Virus record (IMG/VR): IMGVR_UViG_3300019889_000015
Location: 1-62,516 of that record
DNA from: a virus
Taxonomy: Duplodnaviria > Caudoviricetes
Length of the DNA stretch: 62,516 nucleotides
Strand: one strand, 5' to 3'
Part shown: positions 29,952-39,150 of the stretch, piece after piece
Numbering within the stretch: the stretch's first letter is position 1
Layout of the letters: every line of letters starts with the position of its first letter
Made by a program: the position numbers and the translations under genes
The notes under the pieces: generated by a model
What the model was told of the DNA's origin: nothing
What the model saw: only the letters and a program-made list of their open reading frames with translations
The model's database searches: none

Positions 29952-30118
29952 TGACGGCCATCTTCGAGAATGTCGACAGCAGGATCAAGGTGCATATCCC
30001 GTTCGAGTGCCCCCGATGTGCCGAGTCGGTGCGGTACGGGCAGACCTGCGCGGAAGACTTCAGCGTGACGCTTGCCCCATGTGGGCACAAATTCTTCGCG
30101 CCACCGTTCAAGCTGTAG
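29951..30118 (+). CDS. small zinc-ribbon protein
   Basis: CPRC...CGH; GGAGG RBS. Confidence 0.5.
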   Translation: MTAIFENVDSRIKVHIPFECPRCAESVRYGQTCAEDFSVTLAPCGHKFFAPPFKL

Positions 30119-30128
30119 CGGGGAGAAT

Positions 30129-30389
30129 ATGACCGACGAAGTGCAGTTCGATGGCTGGGTGTGGAGCAACCTCGGCGAGCGCGGCAACCTGCTGGCGGGT
30201 GAGGGCTGGCGGTACGTCAGGGACAAGGGACCTCGGCATCTGTTTGATAACCGGCCGGGGAGGTCGTGGTGCATGTCGCGCTGCGGGATCGAACTGCCCG
30301 ACGAGGAGTGGCGCGGCACCGGGAGCCAGGAAGAATACGAGCGCCTGGCGAGCAGACCGAAGTGCCTCCGCTGCATGAGATCGCTCTGA
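30129..30389 (+). CDS. hypothetical Cys protein
   Basis: GGGGAG RBS; WRGTGSQEEYE....PKC.RC. Confidence 0.55.
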   Translation: MTDEVQFDGWVWSNLGERGNLLAGEGWRYVRDKGPRHLFDNRPGRSWCMSRCGIELPDEEWRGTGSQEEYERLASRPKCLRCMRSL

Positions 30390-30399
30390 ACTGCGACTA

Positions 30400-30455
30400 T
30401 AGGTAGGTCATATCTCGCGTGCGGGCAAGTCCATGCTCCAGATATAACCTACATA
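30400..30455. other. candidate serine-integrase attP
   Basis: GTAGGTCATATCT / AGATATAACCTAC 12-of-13 inverted repeat spanning 50 bp with central AA; non-coding. Confidence 0.45.
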
Positions 30456-30482
30456 ACGATGCAGGTCAAAGACTTGGGCAGC

Positions 30483-30521
30483 AAAACGGCCCTCCCGAAC
30501 CAACTGCGGGAGGGCCGTTTT
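30483..30521. terminator. bidirectional terminator
   Basis: aaaacggccctcccg / cgggagggccgtttt between convergent genes. Confidence 0.8.
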
Positions 30522-30549
30522 CGCGTCCCTTGGGGGCGGTTGGAGCTTA

Positions 30550-31329
30550 TCAGCGGAGCACGACAACGCCCATCGTGTGGACGTCGGCGTACTCGGCTAC
30601 GCGCTCGTGGGAGCGGATCTCCAGCCACGCGCGCTTCATCTCATCGGACCAGTTGATGTCGTCGAACACGAGCATCGCGCCTGGCTTGCACACGTCGACC
30701 AGCGCGCCGAAGTACGCCATGGTCGGACCGAAGTAGTGGTTGCCGTCCACGAACGCGAAATCCGGTGCCGGATCGCCGAGCGCGTCCTTGAAGGTGTCGG
30801 CGAAGTCGCCGACGTGGATGTCCACCTTGCTCTGGTCGGCCCCAGACAGGTCCAGCACCATTCGGGCCGCGCCGACCAGGATCGGCGACAGCTCTAGGGA
30901 CGTCAGGAGCGAGTGCATCGGCAAGCCGTGAGCCTGGTAGGCCGTCGACACTCCGCAGCAGGTGCCCATCTCCAGCGGGGCCGTGGGCTCCTGGTGGAGC
31001 GTCAGCGCGTACAGCAGCCGGGCCTCGTCCGGCCCCTTGGAGGCCCGCTCGGCCATCCGGCCGACCGTGATGTCGGCGGGCTTGTACGGCGCCCCAAGCG
31101 GGCAGGTGTTGGCGATCACCTGGTGGCGGGCGACCTCGATCCGGGCGAAGGTGGTCAGCTCGTCGTCGGACCACTCCTCGTCGGCTGCCTGACGCAGCGC
31201 CCGACTCAGCGGCGTCTCGGTGCCGAGCCGGTTGGACTCGTCCCGGAGCGCGACCCGATAGCGGGTGCTGGAGTCGCCGATGGTGGTTTTGAGATTGAAG
31301 CGGTCGAACAGTCGGTGGAGCAGGTTCAT
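30550..31329 (-). CDS. class I SAM-dependent O-methyltransferase (Methyltransf_24-like)
   Basis: LEMGTCCGVST, FVDGNH and PG..LVFDD motifs. Confidence 0.85.
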   Translation of the reverse strand: MNLLHRLFDRFNLKTTIGDSSTRYRVALRDESNRLGTETPLSRALRQAADEEWSDDELTTFARIEVARHQVIANTCPLGAPYKPADITVGRMAERASKGPDEARLLYALTLHQEPTAPLEMGTCCGVSTAYQAHGLPMHSLLTSLELSPILVGAARMVLDLSGADQSKVDIHVGDFADTFKDALGDPAPDFAFVDGNHYFGPTMAYFGALVDVCKPGAMLVFDDINWSDEMKRAWLEIRSHERVAEYADVHTMGVVVLR

Positions 31330-31360
31330 GTCGTCCTCTTTTTCGGTTGGGTGTTCGGTA

Positions 31361-31945
31361 CTACCAGTCGAGCCAGGCGACGTCCTGAGAGCCGTGGTCG
31401 TGGACCATCACGACCGAGCCCTCGATGACGTCCTCGGGCACGTAAAGCGCGACCATCATGGTGCCGCTGATGACCCCGCCGGGGGCCACGATGCCGGTGT
31501 CGATGTGGTTGCCGGGCCGGATGGCGATGTTCTCCCCGACCTCCACACCATTGCCGCCCATCAGGCCCAGGCTGATGCCATCGGCGAACGACAGGATCTT
31601 GTCCGGTACCTCGCCGATGCGGACGGCCTCGACCTCGGCGATCACGTTCACGAAGCCGGGCTCCGGCACGCCCAGCTCGGCCGTCTCCGGGTCGGGCGGT
31701 TCGGTCGATGCGACGACGCTCTTGACGGTCACTTCCCACGCCGAGAGCGTCAGCACGGTGTCGGTGGGTATTGGCTTGTCCCACGACCCAAAAATTCCTA
31801 CGGGAACCTCAGCCGAGACAGCGGTCGGTTCATCTGGTTCGCTCTGCACTGTTTCCGTCTCTGGTTCTGATTCGCTTTCGTCCGCCGAGCAGGCGGTGGC
31901 GAACAGTAAAAAGGCCAGAATGACGATCCCCCCGTATTTCTTCAT
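31361..31945 (-). CDS. lipoprotein
   Basis: MKKYGGIVILAFLLFATAC signal/lipobox then acidic linker; alternative start 31972. Confidence 0.7.
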   Translation of the reverse strand: MKKYGGIVILAFLLFATACSADESESEPETETVQSEPDEPTAVSAEVPVGIFGSWDKPIPTDTVLTLSAWEVTVKSVVASTEPPDPETAELGVPEPGFVNVIAEVEAVRIGEVPDKILSFADGISLGLMGGNGVEVGENIAIRPGNHIDTGIVAPGGVISGTMMVALYVPEDVIEGSVVMVHDHGSQDVAWLDW

Positions 31946-31971
31946 TGGGTGAGAATATCCGAAATAGGTCA

Positions 31972-32166
31972 TTACGTCTCCTCGTCGTCCTCGGCCGCAG
32001 GAAAGGGCACCGTCTTCGGGTCGATCCGGACGTAGATTCCCGAGTTCGTATGCTTGCCGCAGTGACAGCAGATCTCGTTGGCGCCGACCTCGCGCAGCCG
32101 GTAGGCCGTATGATCAGGGTTGCGCTCATCCCAGCAGACACGACACACGGGCTGGGTCCAGTTCAT
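31972..32166 (-). CDS. zinc-finger protein
   Basis: CRVCW...CCHCG. Confidence 0.6.
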   Translation of the reverse strand: MNWTQPVCRVCWDERNPDHTAYRLREVGANEICCHCGKHTNSGIYVRIDPKTVPFPAAEDDEET

Positions 32167-32612
32167 GGCATCTCCCACACTGTTCGGCGACCGTCGTGGA
32201 TCACCGCGAGCGGGCCAGCCACCTTGAGGTACGTGGACGGCACCACGTGGCCTTGCAACATCATCACTTCCAGCGACTTGCCGTCCTCGGTCACGCGGAC
32301 CAGGGCGCCCCCGCCCGTGGTCAGCACAGTGCCAGGCGAGCACGCCGCCAGCTCGGCCTCCGTCGAGATGACCTTCGAGTCGGCGAGTACCTCGGCGAGC
32401 TGTTCTGGCTCGATCTCGGCCAGTTCGCGGATACGCTTCGCCGCCCACTGGAGCGCGTCAGCCCACGTGATCAGGCTCAGGCCGTACAGGCTGCCGCCAT
32501 GGAGGGCCTCCCGGCTGCGCTTGGTGCGCCGGGCCTGCCGGTCGAAGTACCTCGCGATGCTGACCAGCCGCTGATCGGCGTCTGGTGGCTCGTCGACGGT
32601 TGTCGCGCTCAT
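32163..32612 (-). CDS. hypothetical protein
   Basis: AAGGAG RBS; coupled to neighbours. Confidence 0.55.
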   Translation of the reverse strand: MSATTVDEPPDADQRLVSIARYFDRQARRTKRSREALHGGSLYGLSLITWADALQWAAKRIRELAEIEPEQLAEVLADSKVISTEAELAACSPGTVLTTGGGALVRVTEDGKSLEVMMLQGHVVPSTYLKVAGPLAVIHDGRRTVWEMP

Positions 32613-32617
32613 GGCCG

Positions 32618-33016
32618 TTACTCCTTCTCGATCTGACGTGCCCATACCTCGGCCGGGAAGTCGAAGCAGTCGCAGAGATCGGACTGCTTGCACTCGACGA
32701 TCGTGTCACCGGAGTGTGGGCAGTGTCCCGCCAGCACGCGCGTTGCGTAGTGGTGCAGCCACTTCATCGTGTCCGTGCGCGTCGGATCAGCGGTGTGATC
32801 CGCCAGCCACGTGAACAGCGCCAGTTCCACGTCGCGGTGCCGCTTCGCGAGCTTGCCGACGAACCACTCCGAGCGGAGGATGTCGAACGCGAGCTGCATA
32901 TCGCCGTTGCCGGATTCGTCGGGCGCTGGTCCGACGCCGCCGCCCATCTCGAACCAGGACTGCCGGATCACCTTGTCCAACGCGAGCTGATCCTGGTCTG
33001 GCGTCTCGGCGGTCAT
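32618..33016 (-). CDS. hypothetical protein
   Basis: GGAGGAGG RBS; C-terminal Cys cluster. Confidence 0.55.
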   Translation of the reverse strand: MTAETPDQDQLALDKVIRQSWFEMGGGVGPAPDESGNGDMQLAFDILRSEWFVGKLAKRHRDVELALFTWLADHTADPTRTDTMKWLHHYATRVLAGHCPHSGDTIVECKQSDLCDCFDFPAEVWARQIEKE

Positions 33017-33342
33017 CCCTCCTCCTTCTGCTTGATCGGCTCGTACTCCGACACCCGGCGTCGACACAGGCGCGCGGCCGACGCTGGCAGCACGCTGCGG
33101 GGACCGGCGTAGCTGTGTAGCCACTCGACGGCCTCCTCGCGGGTGACGCCCTTGGCGACGTATCGGTCGAACGGACCGTCGATGTACGTCTTGACCTGGA
33201 CGGCCCACTCCTTGTCCTCGATCTCGGTAAGCCAGTTGATCACAGCGTCGGTGACGTCATTGATCATGTCGGTCACTGCCCGGTGTTCGTTCGCCAGGAT
33301 CGAGCCGTAGATGACTGCTTGAAGATCTGCGCGCTCGGTCAC
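33013..33342 (-). CDS. hypothetical protein
   Basis: GGAGG RBS; overlapping junctions. Confidence 0.55.
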   Translation of the reverse strand: MTERADLQAVIYGSILANEHRAVTDMINDVTDAVINWLTEIEDKEWAVQVKTYIDGPFDRYVAKGVTREEAVEWLHSYAGPRSVLPASAARLCRRRVSEYEPIKQKEEG

Positions 33343-33644
33343 GAGTCGTCCTCCACTCGTTGCAACTGCCATGTCAGCTTCTCCACCCGGCCCGCCCTCC
33401 AGCGAACGACGAATTCATCGCGGAACGACAGCAGGCCCGCGACGATGAGCCAGGTGACGATCGAGATGATCAGTGCCCTGTTCGCCGCCGGGTACAGAAG
33501 GTAGGTGGTCAGCGAGCCCCACATCGCACCGAGGACAAACAGCGTGATGGTGGTGCGCCAACGACGGCGCTTGTCGAGCATCCGGTCGATCGCCTGCATG
33601 AGCAATACGATCTCGCGCTCGATCGCGGCCTCGATCGATTCCAT
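33339..33644 (-). CDS. two-TM membrane protein
   Basis: Two hydrophobic helices; GAGGAG RBS. Confidence 0.6.
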   Translation of the reverse strand: MESIEAAIEREIVLLMQAIDRMLDKRRRWRTTITLFVLGAMWGSLTTYLLYPAANRALIISIVTWLIVAGLLSFRDEFVVRWRAGRVEKLTWQLQRVEDDS

Positions 33645-33646
33645 GA

Positions 33647-33928
33647 TCACTCCTCGACCTCGATGATCACGGTGCTCTCCTTGCTCATCTCTCCACGGCA
33701 CTCAATCCCGCAGGTGGTGCAGATGATGTAGGGCCACTCGTAGGCGCTCACCTTCATCGTGTTGCCGGACAGGCTGAACTGGCCGAGTGGGACCGCCTCC
33801 AGGCGCCACTGGATGGTCAGCGTGAGCGACGAGCACCGTGGGCAGGGGAACTGGGCCACGTACGCCACCAGATTCTCCCTGGTGCCGTCTGTGGGCTCAG
33901 CGAAGCCCTCCTCAGCATGGTCGGTCAT
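33647..33928 (-). CDS. zinc-ribbon protein
   Basis: CPRC...CTTC. Confidence 0.6.
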   Translation of the reverse strand: MTDHAEEGFAEPTDGTRENLVAYVAQFPCPRCSSLTLTIQWRLEAVPLGQFSLSGNTMKVSAYEWPYIICTTCGIECRGEMSKESTVIIEVEE

Positions 33929-34170
33929 CCGACTGCGTTCGCCGCTTCAACGGCCAGCAGGGCCTTGATCGCCAGGCGCTCCTTGCCGTCGCCGTAGCGG
34001 TGCTCCACGGTGTCGATCAACGGGCCGACCGTGTTACGGGGCGTGATCTCCCGGATCTCGTAGTGGTTGTTGTCATCAACCCCCACTAAGCCATTCACGT
34101 TCGTGACCCGCTTGATCTCGTAGTCGGCCAGCGTGCTCGCCGTGTCGGCGATCGTCACGCGCAACGCCAT
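33925..34170 (-). CDS. hypothetical protein
   Basis: MALRVTI...HRYGDG...LA motif; AAGGA RBS. Confidence 0.6.
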   Translation of the reverse strand: MALRVTIADTASTLADYEIKRVTNVNGLVGVDDNNHYEIREITPRNTVGPLIDTVEHRYGDGKERLAIKALLAVEAANAVG

Positions 34171-34171
34171 C

Positions 34172-34576
34172 TCATTCCTTCTTGTCGTCCGGGGGCTGCT
34201 GTCCCATCGCTTTCAGCTCCTCATCATCGAACAGCGCCACCGCCTGGCGCAGCGTCTCGACGATCAGCTCGTGCTCGCGACGGGCCTCATCCTCGGTGGA
34301 GTGCCGCGTGGTGAACTCCTCGAACTCGGGGTGATCGGCGATCACCTTGTTGATGAGTGCGATGTACCTGTCCCGAGGCGGCTCGAAGACCATCGTCTCG
34401 AAGATCAACGGCGGGCCGTCGCCGTAGCGGTGGTCGGTGCCAAGCCAGGCAGTCGATACCTCGTATGGCCCGACCTTGGTGAACACGACGCGCCGGTAAT
34501 CAAGATCCTCGTAGAGCCTGCCCAGCTCCACCAAGCTGATCGGGTCGCCTTCGCGGTTGTAGTGACGGATCGTCAT
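34172..34576 (-). CDS. conserved phage protein
   Basis: VSTAWLGTDH.....PLIFETMVF motif. Confidence 0.7.
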   Translation of the reverse strand: MTIRHYNREGDPISLVELGRLYEDLDYRRVVFTKVGPYEVSTAWLGTDHRYGDGPPLIFETMVFEPPRDRYIALINKVIADHPEFEEFTTRHSTEDEARREHELIVETLRQAVALFDDEELKAMGQQPPDDKKE

Positions 34577-34920
34577 CGGACCAGCCTCTCCTCGTCCTGC
34601 TCGTATTTCACCGCACGAAGCTCGGCGATCCGCTTGGCGTGCCGTTCTCGCTCGGCCCGCAGTTCGAGCTTGTGCGGGGCGCACAGGGCCAGCGCGCCCC
34701 GCCCTGGCCGTTCGCCGTCCAGCCACTCGGCGCCGTACGATCCGCAGCGGTTGCAGCGGACGTTCCAGCCCCAGAGCCCGCCCTTCTTGGCCTGCTCCAT
34801 CGTCACCGGCCCGGCCAGGAATCCCTCCCGACACCAGCCGCAGACGCATTTCTTGTCGGCGCCCGCATTGTGGGCGGAAACCCCATGGCCGCACCGGAAG
34901 CAGTGCTTACCCAAAAGCAT
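34573..34920 (-). CDS. Cys-rich protein
   Basis: Several CxxC motifs; AGGGGG RBS. Confidence 0.55.
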   Translation of the reverse strand: MLLGKHCFRCGHGVSAHNAGADKKCVCGWCREGFLAGPVTMEQAKKGGLWGWNVRCNRCGSYGAEWLDGERPGRGALALCAPHKLELRAERERHAKRIAELRAVKYEQDEERLVR

Positions 34921-35110
34921 CGAATAACCCCCTGAAACGTAAGCAGGCGCCGCGCGAGAGTAAGAGGAGGATCACCCCCGCGCGGCGCCCGTGATGTGTT
35001 CGCCGATATCCGATTTGGACGCCGAGCCCGCCAAGGCTTCGAGCGCCGCGATCAGCGCAACATCGGTGATGCTAGTGGCTCGAATTTGGGCTTGTCCGGA
35101 GAATCATAGA

Positions 35111-35166
35111 AAAAAGCACCCCTCCCGCCGGAGACAGGAGTATCCAGGCGCGGAGGGGTGCTTTTT
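35111..35166. terminator. intrinsic terminator (bidirectional type)
   Basis: aaaaagcacccctcc / ggaggggtgcttttt. Confidence 0.75.
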
Positions 35167-35193
35167 CTTACATCGTCAGCGAGAGATGACCTC

Positions 35194-36126
35194 TTAGTTC
35201 AGCACTCGCCGACGAAGCACCGCTGCCGCGCCACCGGCCATGAGCAGACCAAGGCCGATGATGATGCCCATGCTGCTCGATCCGCCAGTGTCCGGCAGGT
35301 CGTCGCCGTCCTCGGTCCCGTCGTCGTCACCGTCCGGCGGCGTCGTCGGGTCCGGAGTCGGCTCCGTGGTCGGCTCCGGCTCCGGATCTAGCGTGGGGTC
35401 CGGGTCCGGCGTGGGGTCCGGGTCCGGGTCCGGCGTCGGGTCCGGGTCCGGGGCGCAGTCCTCCTCGCTGGGCGAGGGGTTGACCGTCAATGGCCACGTG
35501 GCCTTCGGGTGCTGATTCAGCCACGCCTGGACGGCGTAGTCACCGGCTTCGATGTCGTGATCTCCGGCCTCGATCGACTGACCTTCGACATCATCCTGGA
35601 GCTTGTTCGTGTAGGACCACTTGTCCGACTCCGGGATGGTCAGGGTAGCGATCGGGTCTTCGCAGGTGGGCTGCGTCACCGTGGGCGCACTGGGGGAACA
35701 GTCGCTGTCCGGGACATCGATCGTCCACCACTGCTCGGGGTCGTACAGGTCGGATTCGGCGCCACGTGCCCAGCGGTAGCTGATGGTGTGTTCGCCGGAG
35801 TCCTCGGGCAGGGGGATGGTGACGACCTGCTCGTGGACCTCCTCGCGACCATCCACGGTCACGGTGTGCCAGAGGTCACCGAACTCGTCTGTCGACAGCG
35901 GGGCTTCGTCGTCGATCTTGTAGTCGCCGACAAAGAGCCACGGTGTCGGGTTCTCGAACTTCAGGACGGCGGTCCCACACTTCTCGAACGTCTTGATGTT
36001 CAGTTCTTCCTTCGGCGGGTGATCGCCGCCCGTGAGGGGCGTGACCTCCACGATCGCGGTGGCCGGTGCCAGGCCCGTCAGCATCAGGGCTGGTGCGGCA
36101 ACCAGCGCGAGAAGAATCTTGCGCAC
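35194..36126 (-). CDS. LPXTG sortase-anchored surface protein
   Basis: Signal peptide, PD/PT stalk, LPDTG plus TM helix plus RRR tail; GAAAGGA RBS. Confidence 0.85.
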   Translation of the reverse strand: MRKILLALVAAPALMLTGLAPATAIVEVTPLTGGDHPPKEELNIKTFEKCGTAVLKFENPTPWLFVGDYKIDDEAPLSTDEFGDLWHTVTVDGREEVHEQVVTIPLPEDSGEHTISYRWARGAESDLYDPEQWWTIDVPDSDCSPSAPTVTQPTCEDPIATLTIPESDKWSYTNKLQDDVEGQSIEAGDHDIEAGDYAVQAWLNQHPKATWPLTVNPSPSEEDCAPDPDPTPDPDPDPTPDPDPTLDPEPEPTTEPTPDPTTPPDGDDDGTEDGDDLPDTGGSSSMGIIIGLGLLMAGGAAAVLRRRVLN

Positions 36127-36226
36127 GGTTGGTCCTTTCAACAGGGTCAATTAACACGAACAAAACGAGCAACGGCGTGGACATTACCTCATCGAATGTC
36201 GTCGTGGGGCACGAACTGGAACTTTT

Positions 36227-36274
36227 TAGGTAGGTTACAGTTTACCAACGAGGTTGCGGCCCATACCCTACCTA
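36227..36274. promoter_or_regulatory. 48-bp inverted-repeat site over the putative int promoter (att-like site or operator)
   Basis: TAGGTAGG / CCTACCTA arms enclosing TTTACC-N17-TACCCT. Confidence 0.4.
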
Positions 36275-36329
36275 CGCTACGGTCCAGGGAATCCCCAACC
36301 GGGACGACAACCGAGAGGACGCGAACGCC

Positions 36330-36509
36330 ATGATCGCCATCCCCCTGACCCGTGGCCGAGTGGCCCACCGAGGCAGATATCGCGCCAGCGACAGACGCTC
36401 CGACGACCGCATCCTCACGCCCGGCGAGGGCCTTCTGCTCTGCCTCGTCGTCATGATCGCCCTGTACTTTGCCGTTTGGGCTGGCTGGAAGGCGGTGTTC
36501 GGTGGCTAA
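36330..36509 (+). CDS. small membrane protein (59 aa)
   Basis: Hand translation; C-terminal TM helix; GAGAGGA upstream. Confidence 0.5.
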   Translation: MIAIPLTRGRVAHRGRYRASDRRSDDRILTPGEGLLLCLVVMIALYFAVWAGWKAVFGG

Positions 36510-36669
36510 CCTGGCGACGTTACTCCCGGAGATCAAGTCGCTGGGCGACACTCCGCTGGAGCGGAGCATCCGCGACCACGCAATGGCGCGGGTCAAAACG
36601 GCACACGCGGTGGCCATAGGGCAGCCGCTGTTCATCTTCATCGAGACCACCTGGCCGACGAGGCCGGGA

Positions 36670-38169
36670 ATGCCTCAGAACGCGATCATCCTCGGCCGGA
36701 TCTCCGACGCCGACGACGACGAGACGGCCGGTGTCGAGGACCAGATCGAGGACCAGCTCGATCAGTGCCGCCGCAACGGGTGGGGCGTCGGCGCCATCGC
36801 GATTGAGAACGACACGTCGGCCTACAAGACCAAGAAGTTCCACCTGCCGAACGGCCGGATCGAGTTGCGCACCGACCGACCGAAGTTCCGCGCGATCGTC
36901 GACCGGCTCTACAACCGCCAGAACGATGGCCTGATTGCCCACGACCTCGACCGCTCCGTCCGTGACATGCGCGACCTGATGGACCTGATCGACGTCGTAC
37001 AGATGTCGAGCCCCCGGATCAAGGTCAGCTCCGTCACCGGCTCCCTGCGGCTGGAGAACGACGCCGACATCGCCATGGCCCAGGTGCTGACGGCGATGAA
37101 CAACAAGTCGTCGAAGGACACCGCGCGCCGCGTCTCGCGGGCTGCTCGCCGTCGCGCTCAAGAGGGCAAGTTCCACGGTGGCAGCCGGAGGTTTGGGTTC
37201 GGCCTCCCCACGGGCGAGGTGGACGAGACCAAGGAGCCGATCATCGACCAGACCAAGCTCGTCCCCGAGGAGGCCCGAGAGATCAAGACCTGGGCCAAGG
37301 CCATCCTCTCGGGCGCCTCACTGGCGTCGGTCGTGCGCGACCTGAACGACAGGGGCGTAAGGCCCATACGCAGCGATAAGTGGACAAGCCGTACAGTAAA
37401 GGAAATTCTGCTCCGGCCGAGCATCGCGGGACTCCGGGACTACAGGGGTCAGGTTCTCGAAGGAGTGAAGGCCGAGTGGCCGGAGATTGTGACCAGAGAG
37501 ACGTGGGAGGCGCTCGTGGCAAAACTGGGTGACTCCAGACGCAACTCGTCACCGACCAATCAGCCGGTGTGGCTGGTGTCGTGCATCGCGATGTGCGGAC
37601 ACGTGAACTGCAAGGGCCAGCACCACAAGATGGTCGTCAGCGGGTCCGTCAGTGCTCGGAACAACTACCGCTCGTATCGGTGCGCGTTCGGGAAGCACAA
37701 CAAGATCCGCGCCGACTCGTTGGAGAAGTTCGTCCGTGACCTGATCGTCGAGAGGATGGCCCGGCCCGACGCGGGTGCGCTAATCCGGCCGGTGGCAACC
37801 ATCGACGTCGAGGCTCTGGCCATGCAGGCGAACGAGCTGCGGGTGAAACTTCGCAAGATCCGCGACCTCTACGAGGAGGAGACGGACATGTCGATCGGCG
37901 AGTACCGCGAACGCCGGGACTCGATCAAGGGTCGGCTCGATGTCGTCGAACGGCACCTCGTCGATGCCTCGTCGATCGACCCGCTCTCGGTCCTCGTCGG
38001 CCAGGAGGACGTCGGCGCCCGCTGGGACGGCCTCGACATCGGACGGCGCCGGGCCATCGTCGAGCGGATGATGTCGATCACGATCCTGTCCAGCGAGAGG
38101 CGCGGCGGTCGCCAGCCGGACGGTACCTACTTCGACAAAAGCCGGGTCGTCATCCGGTGGCACGTCTAA
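36670..38169 (+). CDS. int: large serine integrase
   Basis: GRISD catalytic Ser, DLDR..R, FGF recombinase domain, Cys zinc ribbon, coiled coil; possible longer start at GTG 36502. Confidence 0.92.
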   Translation: MPQNAIILGRISDADDDETAGVEDQIEDQLDQCRRNGWGVGAIAIENDTSAYKTKKFHLPNGRIELRTDRPKFRAIVDRLYNRQNDGLIAHDLDRSVRDMRDLMDLIDVVQMSSPRIKVSSVTGSLRLENDADIAMAQVLTAMNNKSSKDTARRVSRAARRRAQEGKFHGGSRRFGFGLPTGEVDETKEPIIDQTKLVPEEAREIKTWAKAILSGASLASVVRDLNDRGVRPIRSDKWTSRTVKEILLRPSIAGLRDYRGQVLEGVKAEWPEIVTRETWEALVAKLGDSRRNSSPTNQPVWLVSCIAMCGHVNCKGQHHKMVVSGSVSARNNYRSYRCAFGKHNKIRADSLEKFVRDLIVERMARPDAGALIRPVATIDVEALAMQANELRVKLRKIRDLYEEETDMSIGEYRERRDSIKGRLDVVERHLVDASSIDPLSVLVGQEDVGARWDGLDIGRRRAIVERMMSITILSSERRGGRQPDGTYFDKSRVVIRWHV

Positions 38170-38329
38170 GATCTTCCTGGGCTGTTAAACGAACCGCTCT
38201 CCGCGACATAGATCGGAGGGCCGTTCGGCCGTTCGGGTGGCCGGTCGAACTGACGGTCATGTAGCGTTCGTGGAGTCAGAGCCGATTCGCTTGGCGACGT
38301 TCTCTGTTCGGTTGGTTGGGCTGGGTCAA

Positions 38330-38373
38330 GAAGGCGCGTTTCCCCCGCGAGGGGGGACGCGCCTTCGACCTTT
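38330..38373 (+). terminator. hairpin downstream of int
   Basis: gaaggcgcgt..ccccc GCGA gggggg acgcgccttc followed by gaccttt. Confidence 0.5.
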
Positions 38374-38391
38374 CGGAGCGATGGGGGGCCG

Positions 38392-38541
38392 ATGATCCGG
38401 CAATGGCTGTTTTTCCTGCTCGTGATCTTCAGCGGCTTCATACTCGCCGTCGCCACCGGCTACTGGTGGATCACATCGATCATGGTCTTTTCGCTCGGTA
38501 GACAGGTCGCCGACGTTTACTACGGGCGCCTCGATCACTGA
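38392..38541 (+). CDS. 49-aa hydrophobic peptide
   Basis: Hand translation MIRQWLFFLLVIFSGFILAVATGYWWITSIMVFSLGRQ... Confidence 0.45.
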   Translation: MIRQWLFFLLVIFSGFILAVATGYWWITSIMVFSLGRQVADVYYGRLDH

Positions 38542-38545
38542 CCGT

Positions 38546-38728
38546 TCACCACCAGCCGAACCGTTGCCTGCCGGGGTAGTCCCAGTCGCTGGTTCCCGAG
38601 CAGTCACCGCTCGCCGTTGTCGGCACGCCCAGCGCGTCGCCGAGCTCGCCGCCCGCCTCGGACGCAGCTCGACCGGCCGTCCACTCCAGGGTGAACGACC
38701 GGCCGAGGATCTCGATCGAGAGCTTCAC
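38546..38728 (-). CDS. hypothetical protein
   Basis: MKLSIEILGRSFTLEW...FGWW. Confidence 0.45.
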   Translation of the reverse strand: MKLSIEILGRSFTLEWTAGRAASEAGGELGDALGVPTTASGDCSGTSDWDYPGRQRFGWW

Positions 38729-38877
38729 GACGACACGTTACGCCGAGCGTCAGCAGCACATGTCCGGCCCGAAGAAGAACGCGGTCGCCATGATCACCGC
38801 GTGGGGGCCGAGCGGCAGGGCGGCGGCGAACACGATGAGGTAGAGAAACCACGCCACCAGAACGCGCTCGATGATGG

Positions 38878-39150
38878 TCACGGCTCGACCTTATCGGGCA
38901 TGTCGATCGACTCGGAGGCGCCGGACAGGGGCTCGTCATCGACCCCGGCTCGGTTCTTTAGATAGTCGTATGCCGCCCAGTAGACGTCGGTCTCCGGCCC
39001 CTTGGCGATCTCAGCCATCCGCTCCTTGACGGCCTCCCAGTCGTTCTCCCCGATCTCGTCGTACATGCCCCACTCGACGTCCTCAGCAGCTCGCGCCAGA
39101 GCATTGCGGGCCACGGTGTCAATCGCCTCGTCGAGGCGGTTGTCAGCCAT
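38878..39150 (-). CDS. acidic hypothetical protein
   Basis: N-terminus shared with 54913-55170. Confidence 0.6.
   Translation of the reverse strand: MADNRLDEAIDTVARNALARAAEDVEWGMYDEIGENDWEAVKERMAEIAKGPETDVYWAAYDYLKNRAGVDDEPLSGASESIDMPDKVEP

Noticed and set aside
35330-35455. PD/PT repeats as an independent repeat element
   Set aside because: Explained as the coding stalk of the LPXTG protein.
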